NCBI GenBank assembly: GCA_964514965.1
Contig: CAZETV010000001.1
Span: 300,001-332,000 of the forward strand
DNA: 32,000 bases
DNA from: Candidatus Hadarchaeota archaeon
Lineage (GTDB): Archaea > Hadarchaeota > Hadarchaeia > Hadarchaeales > Hadarchaeaceae
Direction of reading: 5' to 3'
In this document: positions 18,963 to 27,508 of the stretch, in pieces
How the letters are laid out: the number at the start of each line of letters is the position of its first letter
How positions within the stretch are numbered: position 1 is the first letter of the stretch
The notes under the pieces: generated by a model
Databases searched by the model: none
The model's input: only the letters and a program-made list of their open reading frames with translations
Told to the model about the DNA's origin: nothing
Program-made: the position numbers and the translations under genes

Positions 18963-19655
18963 ATGGCAAACATACCTGCAGAGTTGAGAGCTCTTCCATT
19001 ACAACACATTATTGGATCGCCACTCGTAGCAGCTATAAAAGCACAGGCCTTGGCGGCCCAGACAACTGTGAACTTTATCAAAGAGGTGGGTCTTAAACCA
19101 AGAGCTTTAGAAGCTACTGAGAGCGAAGACAATCTGGATGAAGTAACTGGAGAAAGCGGCAAACCTGGTTATGAAGCCCGATATGTAGATTTCAAGTTCG
19201 ACAGGATAATAGAAGCAGAAGAGGTCACACCCCCAGCTGCTGACGCACCAGCTGGAACACCGCCGACTAAGACGACGAAGTATAGTGTTGTACCTTCCAA
19301 GCTTACAGTGCCACTTCTTGCAATGGTACCGATCCCATATATTCGAATCAATGATATGACTATTGACTTTGAATTCCAGATCAAGGATGTAGAGACAAAG
19401 GAATCCACTACTGAAAAGAAAGTATCTATGAATGCAAAGGCGGGAGGTTGGTTCTGGAAAGTTAACGTCAAGGGTTCCTATAGTAATAGAACTGTTAACA
19501 AGCGCCAGACGGACCGAAGAACAACTCTGAAAATCACAGTTAACGCAGTACAGGACCAGATACCGGAGGGTCTTGGAAGGATTCTAGATATACTCAATGA
19601 GGCGATGAAGGTTGTCCCGTTGACTGCGCCACAGGAAATAGCCGCACCGACCTAA
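18963..19655 (+). CDS. DUF2589-like protein
   Basis: LPLQHIIGSPLVAAIKAQALAAQTTVNFIKEVGLKP, TVPLLAMVPIPYIRINDMTIDFEFQIKDVETKE; SD AGGAGGTGA. Paralogous to 18189-18944. Confidence 0.7.
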   Translation: MANIPAELRALPLQHIIGSPLVAAIKAQALAAQTTVNFIKEVGLKPRALEATESEDNLDEVTGESGKPGYEARYVDFKFDRIIEAEEVTPPAADAPAGTPPTKTTKYSVVPSKLTVPLLAMVPIPYIRINDMTIDFEFQIKDVETKESTTEKKVSMNAKAGGWFWKVNVKGSYSNRTVNKRQTDRRTTLKITVNAVQDQIPEGLGRILDILNEAMKVVPLTAPQEIAAPT

Positions 19656-19679
19656 TTGCATCCAGTTTAAAAAAAGATG

Positions 19680-19710
19680 GGGGGCGAAAGTAATACCCAC
19701 TTTCCCTCCC
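19680..19710 (+). terminator. Intercistronic hairpin followed by T3 (possible terminator/processing site)
   Basis: GGGGGCGAAAG-TAATACCCA-CTTTCCCTCCC, 10 bp paired (one G-U) with one internal mismatch, then TTT. Confidence 0.45.
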
Positions 19711-19741
19711 TTTGCCATAATCTAGAAAGGAGAGATTGAAT

Positions 19742-20098
19742 ATGCCGAATAATAAAGAAGGAATAAGTTTAAGCGCAGTAGTTGGAGGCATCGTGCAAGC
19801 CTTAAGGGAAGCGAAGCACTTAGGAGATATAGAAAGTGCAAAATTATTTGAAACCTATAAAAAAGAAAAGGCCCTTTACCCATTCAGTGTTCCTGCTTTT
19901 ACAATTTCTGATACAGATATAGAATTGCGGTTTTCAATTATGCAGCCTTCTGAGGAGGAGAAAAGAAAAGGGCAGATACAAGACCTCAAGGTGAATGTTT
20001 CCTCAGAGTCTCTTAAAAAACTTGAAGCACACCAAGTCAGTGCAATGAAACTCAAGATTGCCCCTGTGAGTATGAGAGTCTTCGAGGAAAAAAAATAA
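19742..20098 (+). CDS. Small third member of the same family (minimal DUF2589-like)
   Basis: ISLSAVVGGIVQALREAKHLGDIESAKLFE and LYPFSVPAFTISDTDIELRFSI align with the two upstream proteins. Candidate starts 19736 (ORF track) or ATG 19742; SD AAGGAGAGA. Confidence 0.6.
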   Translation: MPNNKEGISLSAVVGGIVQALREAKHLGDIESAKLFETYKKEKALYPFSVPAFTISDTDIELRFSIMQPSEEEKRKGQIQDLKVNVSSESLKKLEAHQVSAMKLKIAPVSMRVFEEKK

Positions 20099-20120
20099 AA
20101 TTCTTTGTATAAGGAGGGAA

Positions 20121-21074
20121 TTGGATATAATTTCAAGGAGCGATGTCATCAGAAACGCTGAACAATATAGAAATATTCAACCTTGGACCCCGACAAATAG
20201 TACACATGGAAATTTCCACAGCGCTTTTGTACATGGCGTAGACGACCCGGTGAGTCAAGAATGTAAGATACGGCAATACGATGTCTTTCCTTACGTGTAC
20301 GGTAGAACCTCTATTCTTACCGTAAATCAATTTTTAAACGCTGTACAACATGGAACCTGCCCCGGTGGCTGGGACACACAAACGGGATGGGGCACGGGAC
20401 ATTTTGGAAATATTCGAAGAAATCTTGCAGGAATAGATTGTTCCGAGTATGTAATGAAATCTTGGGGATTTGCGAGTAAGGTAATAAATGGAACTTGGTA
20501 CGGCACGACCAATTTACCACAATTATGTTTGCAAATAAGAAGAGACGAGTTAGGCACCGGAGATATATTGCTGAGAAGGGGGCACGTTAGGATTTTTGAT
20601 CGTTGGGTTGGTCCCGGTAGAAACAATGTTTGGATATACGAAGCCGCTGGGGCGAGAGACGAAACGCAAGCCCAACGTAACGCCTTACAGTGCCCATTCA
20701 ATCCCGGTGATGACCAAGGCTGTGTAGGCAGATGGATGAGACCATGGGATGCTGGATATACGCCGTATTCACCTTTTCCCCAATTTACAGACCCAACCCC
20801 TAGTATTTTTCAAGGGACCAACCCGCCAATATCTGTAAAGATCGCGGGAAGCGGAAATATAGGTGGAATGTCTATGTCTGTTGATGATAATTCAGTAAGT
20901 TTCTCGCCCAGTTCCGTTTACGATAGAAATCGTCGCAGAGCTTGTGTCCAAATCAACTGGATACCCAATCAAAGTTTATCATTCGGAACGCACACCGTAA
21001 AAGTTGGTGCAACAAACAGAATCTTAGAAAAAAATTTTTTTGCTGGATATACTTGGAATTTCGAGATTATATGA
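20121..21074 (+). CDS. NlpC/P60-fold candidate cysteine peptidase/amidase with C-terminal Ig-like domain
   Basis: AGIDCSEYVMKSWGF (Cys motif) and GTGDILLRRGHVRIFDRWVG (His motif); C-term FSPSSVYDRNRRRACVQINWIPNQSLSFGTHTVKVGATNR...WNFEI. TTG start after SD AAGGAGGGA. Confidence 0.65.
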   Translation: MDIISRSDVIRNAEQYRNIQPWTPTNSTHGNFHSAFVHGVDDPVSQECKIRQYDVFPYVYGRTSILTVNQFLNAVQHGTCPGGWDTQTGWGTGHFGNIRRNLAGIDCSEYVMKSWGFASKVINGTWYGTTNLPQLCLQIRRDELGTGDILLRRGHVRIFDRWVGPGRNNVWIYEAAGARDETQAQRNALQCPFNPGDDQGCVGRWMRPWDAGYTPYSPFPQFTDPTPSIFQGTNPPISVKIAGSGNIGGMSMSVDDNSVSFSPSSVYDRNRRRACVQINWIPNQSLSFGTHTVKVGATNRILEKNFFAGYTWNFEII

Positions 21075-21118
21075 TGTTTTCCTTCTACCACATGCATTGA
21101 AGTAATAGCCTCAGCAAC

Positions 21119-22636
21119 CTACATGAACGCCTTCGCATCCTCGCGTTTGTGTAAATTACGCCGTTCGAACTCGCGTGCGGCTTCACCCAAACCAGTCCCA
21201 TGCGCCAACTCCCGCGAACTCCTCCGTCTAACTCTCACAAAGATAGGGTGATTCACGGCCTCGCCCACGACCAATGCCTCGCCCACAGGCAGCGAGGAGA
21301 TCATGTCTGCAACCTCGCTCGTTATCGCTTCCGAAGATTGTTTGATGTGCTCGAGGTCGTAGGGATTTGTGACGCGCAGGATGATGTTTGTGTTTGCCTG
21401 TGAAAGCACGGTTGTCGAGAGCCTCACTGGGCGTTGGGAAATGAGTATAAGCGAAGCGTAAAACTTTCGGCCCTCGCGAGCAAGTGTTTCAATTATCGGC
21501 CTCGAAATCGCCGTTTTCTTGGACTCGCCAGATGGGCAAAACTGATGAGCTTCCTCTAAGCAGAGCACAAACGGGGGCACGCAACCTCTTTTGCGGGCGT
21601 TAAATAACCTCCGCGTAGCATACGCCACGAAAATCTGTTTCTTCCTCAAGCTGACTACGTCGCTGAGGTCAATCACCACCACCTTTCCCGGCTCGACGAT
21701 ATTCTCCAATCTCGGACAATCGGCTAGGTCGAAGATGCCGAGTGAACGGAGGTCGAACAGCCACCCGAGCAAAGCCTGCTGAAGCTGTCTATGGATATCC
21801 CCGTCCCCATCAACCCGCGAGATGACCTCATCCAACCCAAACGGACCCTTGCCCGCACGCATCTCGGCTCGCAACTCGCCAAGCACCCGCTGAAGCTCGC
21901 GCGCTTGCATCCCGGAAATGTCGGGCATAAACTCCTTGAACTGATACGAGCTCAGGTTCGGCACGCCTATCTTGAGTTCTCTGCCTTTGACGACATTCAC
22001 GCGGTCGGGAAAACTTTCGACCAACCCAGTATACTCACCGTGAACATCAATCACGACGACAGCAGGCCGCCCCCGCTCGGGCAGACGACCTAGCAGCTCC
22101 TCAATTATCACCTGAGTGCTTACGCTCTTGCCGGCCCCACTCATTGCGAGCACCGCTACATGTTTACGCAACAGCCTCGTAAGGTCGAGCTTCACAGTTA
22201 GCTCGTGGTGCTTGAGTTTGCCCAGCCCTACCCCGTCGTCCGGATTTAATCCGAGAAATCGCGTTAGCACATCTAATCTAACTTCTTGCACTTTTTGCCC
22301 AGGTGACGGCGGGAAAGTAGTCCGCTCAAGCCCATACTCAGATTGGACCCCGAGCGCCTGAGCTTCGGCTATGAGGTACTCCCAGCGATCTATAGGAAAG
22401 ACTGTCGCCAGTGGTCTGCCGCCCCGCTCGTACTCTTTGACCGACTCGGCCCGCATGAAATACCGATTGGTTTTCATCAAGTTCGTGACGAAGGCTATCA
22501 CCCGCCCTTCCTCGGTCTCGACTTCTACGAATTGTCCTTTTCGAACCGGCATCTTACTTTGGGCCTCGGTGACTACGAAGGAAAATTTGCTTGGTGAGGG
22601 ACCATCCCCTGTAGCGACAATTGTTCCCAATTCCAT
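21119..22636 (-). CDS. herA: HerA-family DNA translocase/helicase
   Basis: Walker A LAMSGAGKS, VVVIDVHGEY, FVLCLEEAHQF, LILISQRPVRLSTTVLSQANTNIILRVTNPYDLEHI. Confidence 0.9.
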   Translation of the reverse strand: MELGTIVATGDGPSPSKFSFVVTEAQSKMPVRKGQFVEVETEEGRVIAFVTNLMKTNRYFMRAESVKEYERGGRPLATVFPIDRWEYLIAEAQALGVQSEYGLERTTFPPSPGQKVQEVRLDVLTRFLGLNPDDGVGLGKLKHHELTVKLDLTRLLRKHVAVLAMSGAGKSVSTQVIIEELLGRLPERGRPAVVVIDVHGEYTGLVESFPDRVNVVKGRELKIGVPNLSSYQFKEFMPDISGMQARELQRVLGELRAEMRAGKGPFGLDEVISRVDGDGDIHRQLQQALLGWLFDLRSLGIFDLADCPRLENIVEPGKVVVIDLSDVVSLRKKQIFVAYATRRLFNARKRGCVPPFVLCLEEAHQFCPSGESKKTAISRPIIETLAREGRKFYASLILISQRPVRLSTTVLSQANTNIILRVTNPYDLEHIKQSSEAITSEVADMISSLPVGEALVVGEAVNHPIFVRVRRRSSRELAHGTGLGEAAREFERRNLHKREDAKAFM

Positions 22637-22645
22637 GAATTCACC

Positions 22646-23821
22646 TCAGAAAGGTCTCCGGTTCCGCCTCAGGTCGAGCAAGGCAGAGGGGCCGAGACGA
22701 TCCGCGATGCTGTCGCGCACGATGCTCAAATCCTCCTCGGTCAGACGGGCACACACATCCGCCTCGATGAGCACCGAAGGGAGCCCGAAAGCATCATGGT
22801 GAGAAGAAAGCGCGTAGACGAGCGGCGCGACGCTATCTGCAGTCGCCACGGGGTCGTCTCTGAACTCGATGAACTCCACTCGCAACGGGCGGTCGAACAG
22901 CACGGTCTTGAGGTAAAATGCGTAAACTCGCATCGCCCATTTGCCGATGTCGCGAAGCACATATTTCGATGGGCTCTCGGCATAGTGGAAGATGGAGGTA
23001 CGTTCTCCCACTCCGAGCACGTGATCGAGGAGAACTGTGTCCCGCGAGTGTTCTAGAATCTCCAGCTCTTTTTCTTCGAGGCCGAGACCACCTAAACTTG
23101 GTATCACTTTATGCCTGATGATATCGATAAAGCGCCCACCCCGGCTGTCCTTAACCGCGCCTGCAAGCAGAACCCCCGACTCCGCGCAGGTCTCGTAAAG
23201 CTTCGTGTACGCATTGAGGAGTTCGTGATAACGTTCAAGCAAGCTTTTGTTGTGGGGAAAGCGGTCGATGTACTGGGGCACTACAGAGCCGTCCAGTAAC
23301 AGGAGTTTAACTTCATTTGCTCGGAGCGCCTCGGTAGCGAGCTCAATTTCAGTCAGCTGACGTTCCATTCCGGCAAGGAGCTCAAATTCTCGAGCATCCA
23401 GCGGTTCCGTAACGTCAATCAGGCAAGGAAATGGTATCTCGCTTGGGAAGTATTTGGCCCACTCCAGACCGGCTTTGTGATAGTGAAATATTGCAACAAT
23501 CGCTCGCAAGAGGATGAGATCTAGACCATGAAGCTGCTGCTCTAGCATCCCTCCATCTACACCCGCTACCGTCAAATCCGCGAGTGCGTCTTGCTTAATC
23601 GGCTCCACGAGAGAATGCTCAATAATTTCTTCCACACCATCCAAAGCCACCTCCCTTAACCCAACGAGAGCCTTGGCAACCTTTCGCCTTTGCCCTTCCT
23701 GTTTGCGTATTCGCTCGGCTATGCTGTCAAGTGTGTCCTCAAGTCCTGCGTGTCCCTCTGAGAAACCAAACTTTCGTACAGGTGAAACCATTTGATCACC
23801 CATTTCACCGCTCGGACCCAT
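22646..23821 (-). CDS. nurA: NurA-domain 5'-3' nuclease, partner of HerA
   Basis: VAGVDGGMLEQQLHGLDLILLRAI, LLLLDGSVVPQYI, VLGVGERTSIFHYAE..., directly downstream partner arrangement with herA. ATG 23821 (or 23791) is more likely than 23920. Confidence 0.85.
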   Translation of the reverse strand: MGPSGEMGDQMVSPVRKFGFSEGHAGLEDTLDSIAERIRKQEGQRRKVAKALVGLREVALDGVEEIIEHSLVEPIKQDALADLTVAGVDGGMLEQQLHGLDLILLRAIVAIFHYHKAGLEWAKYFPSEIPFPCLIDVTEPLDAREFELLAGMERQLTEIELATEALRANEVKLLLLDGSVVPQYIDRFPHNKSLLERYHELLNAYTKLYETCAESGVLLAGAVKDSRGGRFIDIIRHKVIPSLGGLGLEEKELEILEHSRDTVLLDHVLGVGERTSIFHYAESPSKYVLRDIGKWAMRVYAFYLKTVLFDRPLRVEFIEFRDDPVATADSVAPLVYALSSHHDAFGLPSVLIEADVCARLTEEDLSIVRDSIADRLGPSALLDLRRNRRPF

Positions 23822-23939
23822 TTTTCCTCCCCCGATTTGGGAATGTGGAAGAATATTTAAGTGGATTTTGGGGAGAGGTCGGCGAAAGTAATTTATAAGG
23901 ATTATAAAGGGGTGAAACAACCGACCTTCGAATGCCCAA

Positions 23940-25142
23940 TTACTTTATTTTCCGGCGGGCGGCTTCCTCAACGCGCTTTATTATCTCGCGGAGTGACAAG
24001 CCCGTTCGTTCAGCGATTTTTTTAACATCTTCGTACTCAGCGGCAGAACAGACCAGATTTCCCTGCTCTCGCGCTACTTTCACGCGAGGTTTGAATTCAC
24101 GCCCGGCTAGCTTCACACCAACCTGCACGACTTCTCGCTCGAGAGCGTAGCGGTGCACCGTAGGCAGTACGCGCACACCAAGAGTCCCAGTTTCCGATAT
24201 CAACACGCGCGCGAGTCGTTCGGCATCCTTGGGTCTGGCGAGCACCTTGATTAAAAAGCCAGGCCTTCCCTTCTTCATAATAACCGGAACGGCGCTCGCG
24301 TCCAGCGCGCCTTCCGCGAGCAGTTTTTCGATTGTGTAACCGACGACCTCACCCGAGACATCATCGACGTTCGTCTCGAGCACCGCTATCTCCTGAAGCT
24401 TGAGCTCGCGCCCGCTCGCCTCGCCCATGCAGACGCGCACGAGATTTGGCGAGGGAATTTTTCTCGCACCCGCGCCGTAGCCTATTGCATCAATGCGCAT
24501 CGCAGGGCATACATCGACGAATCGGTTGGCAAGCGTGACGATCAGGGCCGCGCCAGTTGGGGTGGTGAGTTCGACGTTCGCAGCCACGCCTCGAATTGGT
24601 TTTCCTCGAAGAATTTCAAGCGTGGCCGGGGCTGGCAGGGGAATCTTGCCGTGAATAAAATTTGTAACTCCCTTTCCAACAGCTACTTCACTCACCAATA
24701 CCTCACCTTCGAATAGCCCCAGCTCATTGGCGGCCGTGCAGCATCCCACGATATCGGCGATTGCATCCGCCGCACCGACTTCGTGCAGTACAAGCCGCTC
24801 CAGACGCTTGCGGTGCACACGGGCCTCAGCGCGGGCGAGTACCCCCAGCGTTTCGAGTACTTTAAGCTCGACTTTAGGTTGCAGGCTGAGCCGTTTGACC
24901 CCCTCAACAATTTCGGGATAGGTGCGCCCGCTTTTATCGCTCGTTTTGACTTCAACCCGAGTTGCCTTGATTTCGTTCACTTTAACCCGTTTGATTCCCA
25001 CCTCGACGCTATCGAATGGCTTAGCGGCGGTAAGCATAGCGCTCTTCACCCGTTGGGGGCTCGCGCCGGCGTCGATGAGCGCGGCGGTCAACATGTCCCC
25101 CGAAACGCCCGCAATGCTGCAGTCTATGAACGCGAGTTTCAT
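23940..25142 (-). CDS. larC: Nickel pincer cofactor biosynthesis protein LarC
   Basis: MKLAFIDCSIAGVSGDMLTAALIDAG, HLHEVGAADAIADIVG, LTTPTGAALIVTLA, ETNVDDVSGEVVGYTIEKLL, KKGRPGFLIKVLA. Confidence 0.92.
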   Translation of the reverse strand: MKLAFIDCSIAGVSGDMLTAALIDAGASPQRVKSAMLTAAKPFDSVEVGIKRVKVNEIKATRVEVKTSDKSGRTYPEIVEGVKRLSLQPKVELKVLETLGVLARAEARVHRKRLERLVLHEVGAADAIADIVGCCTAANELGLFEGEVLVSEVAVGKGVTNFIHGKIPLPAPATLEILRGKPIRGVAANVELTTPTGAALIVTLANRFVDVCPAMRIDAIGYGAGARKIPSPNLVRVCMGEASGRELKLQEIAVLETNVDDVSGEVVGYTIEKLLAEGALDASAVPVIMKKGRPGFLIKVLARPKDAERLARVLISETGTLGVRVLPTVHRYALEREVVQVGVKLAGREFKPRVKVAREQGNLVCSAAEYEDVKKIAERTGLSLREIIKRVEEAARRKIK

Positions 25143-25294
25143 GATAGCACCGAGTAAAGTCTCCCTTCACCAATATTTAGGTTCACCACACATTTGTCAA
25201 CTTTTAATTTCTTCCGCCAGCCCCAAACTTAATTAGCATTCTCGTAATTTTTATCTTTCAACTCAAATTGGTCTCGAACAAAACAAGTTTTAGT

Positions 25295-25314
25295 ATTGTT
25301 ATATATATAACAAT
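25295..25314. promoter_or_regulatory. Perfect 20-bp palindrome, copy 1 of operator-like motif
   Basis: ATTGTTATATATATAACAAT, in the gap between larC and usp, about 150 bp upstream of larC. Confidence 0.5.
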
Positions 25315-25379
25315 TATGATTTCGGAGAAAGCCGACAGTTTAATTCTAGACTGGGCTACCACAATAAATTAAATAATTT

Positions 25380-25856
25380 TTACTTTTTTCTCTCCGGAAT
25401 CGGTCTGACTACCAGAATCGAACAGGGGGTCTCGTGGATTACCCGTTCCGTGACGCTCCCGTAGACAAACTTGCTTATCCTGCCCCTAGTGCTTCCGTTG
25501 TGCAGCTTCCCCGAACCCATCACGATGAGGTCCACATCCTCACTCTGCGCGACCTCCAGAATTTTCTTTTCAGGGTCACCTTCCTCGGTGATGAAACGGA
25601 ACTTACGCAGGCCCTTCTCACGGCACATTTTTCTTATGTTGTCAAACTCAATTTTCACCTCCTTTTTTTCCAGATCGAATATCCTGTCCCTCTCAGATCT
25701 AGCAACTGAAGAGCTCATGTGCAAGATGTGCATGAAAATCAGCTCGGGTTCGCCATCGACCCTACACCCGGCCGATAATCCGATAGCGTTTGTAACTCCG
25801 CTGAGGGTGTTGTCCCACTTGATGGAATCTACCGGCACCAGGATCTTTTTAAACAT
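25380..25856 (-). CDS. Universal stress protein (UspA family)
   Basis: KKILVPVDSIKWDNTLSGV..., VDLIVMGSGKLHNGSTRGRISKFVYGSVTERVIHETPCSILVVR. Confidence 0.93.
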   Translation of the reverse strand: MFKKILVPVDSIKWDNTLSGVTNAIGLSAGCRVDGEPELIFMHILHMSSSVARSERDRIFDLEKKEVKIEFDNIRKMCREKGLRKFRFITEEGDPEKKILEVAQSEDVDLIVMGSGKLHNGSTRGRISKFVYGSVTERVIHETPCSILVVRPIPERKK

Positions 25857-26015
25857 CAGTTACCCCTACTCTTTCCAGATAAAAAACTTACCTAAAAGGC
25901 TTGGGATGTCCAACCTCATGTCCCATATAATTTTTCTTTGGACTTACCTTTTTAGCCTAGCAGGAAAAACGTTAGGAATATCATATAGAGTAAGTTAACC
26001 AAGAGAGGGACATTC

Positions 26016-27230
26016 GTGGAAAGCCTAGGCTTCTTGTTGGCGATCGGGGCTCTGATCATCATCGGGTTGGGCGGTTACAAGTTATCCCAGAGGACCGGCA
26101 TCTTTGATGTGCTGATCTATTTGGGCATCGGGATTTTATTCGGGAACCTATTGAATGTTTCCGCCTCCGCCTATCCAGAAATCACGGACGTAATCCTCAA
26201 CCTAAGCCTCGCCTTCATCCTATTCTACGGAGGGTATAGCCTATCCGTATTCTTCCTGAAAAGGAACCTGAAGCTAATCTTGATATTGGTCACCTTAGGG
26301 ATACTCATGACCGCCGGCATCATCGGCTATGCCGTGAACGCCCTCCTCCAGTGGCCCATCTTCTACGGCTTACTGTTCGGTAGCCTAATCTCCGCCAACG
26401 ATCCAGCCGTGCTGATACCGCTCTTAGGCCGGTTTCACGTGAAGAGGGAAGTCGAGACACTCCTGATCTCCGAATCGGGGTATAACGACGCCACAGCGGG
26501 TGCCCTAACCTCCGCTCTCATCGGCACAGTCTCGATAGGCGCCCTTAGTCTCGGGGGCGTGGTTACAGATTTCCTCTACCAATCCGCGGTCGGGATTGGG
26601 GTTGGGGCCGTCACCGGTTTTTTCTGGAGCGTACTGGGTAGAAAATTCAGAATCAGGCACTTCATCTTTACCCTCCCGATCTTAATCATGAGCGCCTATG
26701 GAATCACATATTTCGCCGGAGGCAGCAGTTTCATGGGGGCAATAACCGCCGGCCTCTTTCTAAAGATAGGACAGGAAAAATTCGCCACTGATTACCCCAC
26801 CGACAAGAGCAAGAAAATGCTATCTTTCCTCAACCGTACCTCCATCTTGGGTCGAATTGCGGTGTTTATAATGCTTGGAGCCACCGTCAGCTTTTCAGAA
26901 ATTGGAACAATCGGGATCGCGGGACTGATGGTAATCTTCATCCTCATGTTTGTGGCGAGGCCGGTTACCGTGATTGTAAGTTACCTCCTGGGACTGCTGG
27001 CAAAATCAAGAACCTGGGGCTGGAGGGAAATCGGCTTCCTGTGCTGGACCGGCAACGTGAGAGGTGTGATGCCCACAACCCTTGCTGTCATAATCATAAC
27101 CCGTGGAATCGCGTATGGTCACGCCATAGCCGGGCTGACCTTCTTGGCGGTGTTGTTGACTATAGTTATTCAGGCAGCCACCACTCCAATTCTAATCAAA
27201 AGGTGGAATCTATCACAGGAGGACGGCTGA
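26016..27230 (+). CDS. Cation:proton antiporter (CPA / NhaP-type)
   Basis: FILFYGGYSLSV, SANDPAVLIPLLGRFHVKREVETLLISESGYNDATAGAL; about 12 hydrophobic segments. Confidence 0.9.
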   Translation: MESLGFLLAIGALIIIGLGGYKLSQRTGIFDVLIYLGIGILFGNLLNVSASAYPEITDVILNLSLAFILFYGGYSLSVFFLKRNLKLILILVTLGILMTAGIIGYAVNALLQWPIFYGLLFGSLISANDPAVLIPLLGRFHVKREVETLLISESGYNDATAGALTSALIGTVSIGALSLGGVVTDFLYQSAVGIGVGAVTGFFWSVLGRKFRIRHFIFTLPILIMSAYGITYFAGGSSFMGAITAGLFLKIGQEKFATDYPTDKSKKMLSFLNRTSILGRIAVFIMLGATVSFSEIGTIGIAGLMVIFILMFVARPVTVIVSYLLGLLAKSRTWGWREIGFLCWTGNVRGVMPTTLAVIIITRGIAYGHAIAGLTFLAVLLTIVIQAATTPILIKRWNLSQEDG

Positions 27231-27445
27231 ACTTGAATTGCTTCAGAATTTGCGGGCTTGACGAGCTCCACTTAACAGCGGCTCGAACTTGGCGGGTATG
27301 AAAGATAATCCAGCTTCAATGCAAATATTTTTCCCGAGCAAATCAATGCGGAAAAATTTACAGCACGACAATAATTTCCGTTTCTCATCCGAAAAGGTCT
27401 GGCCGCGGTTTGAACAAATTCATCACTTTGACCCAAGCAGAATCT

Positions 27446-27463
27446 TTGTTATAGATACAACAA
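27446..27463. promoter_or_regulatory. Operator-like inverted repeat, copy 2
   Basis: TTGTT-ATAGATAC-AACAA, just upstream of TATA box TTTATATAC (27468-27476). Confidence 0.5.
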
Positions 27464-27467
27464 AAAC

Positions 27468-27476
27468 TTTATATAC
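27468..27476 (+). promoter_or_regulatory. Archaeal TATA box
   Basis: TTTATATAC about 33-41 nt before ATG 27509. Confidence 0.5.
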
Positions 27477-27483
27477 GATGTAT

Positions 27484-27501
27484 TTGTTATATATACAACA
27501 A
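27484..27501. promoter_or_regulatory. Operator-like inverted repeat, copy 3
   Basis: TTGTT-ATATATAC-AACAA, between TATA box and start codon of the small ORF. Confidence 0.55.
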
Positions 27502-27508
27502 GTGAAAA

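Noticed and set aside
20327-20701. 124-aa minus ORF and 20317-20520 minus ORF
   Set aside because: Antisense to the NlpC/P60-like gene, which has an SD site and catalytic motifs.
22371-22802. 143-aa plus ORF overlapping herA/nurA junction
   Set aside because: Antisense to two confidently identified genes.
27231-27440. Possible second pseudogene between antiporter and small ORF
   Set aside because: Short open stretches on both strands but no recognisable protein motif in any frame.
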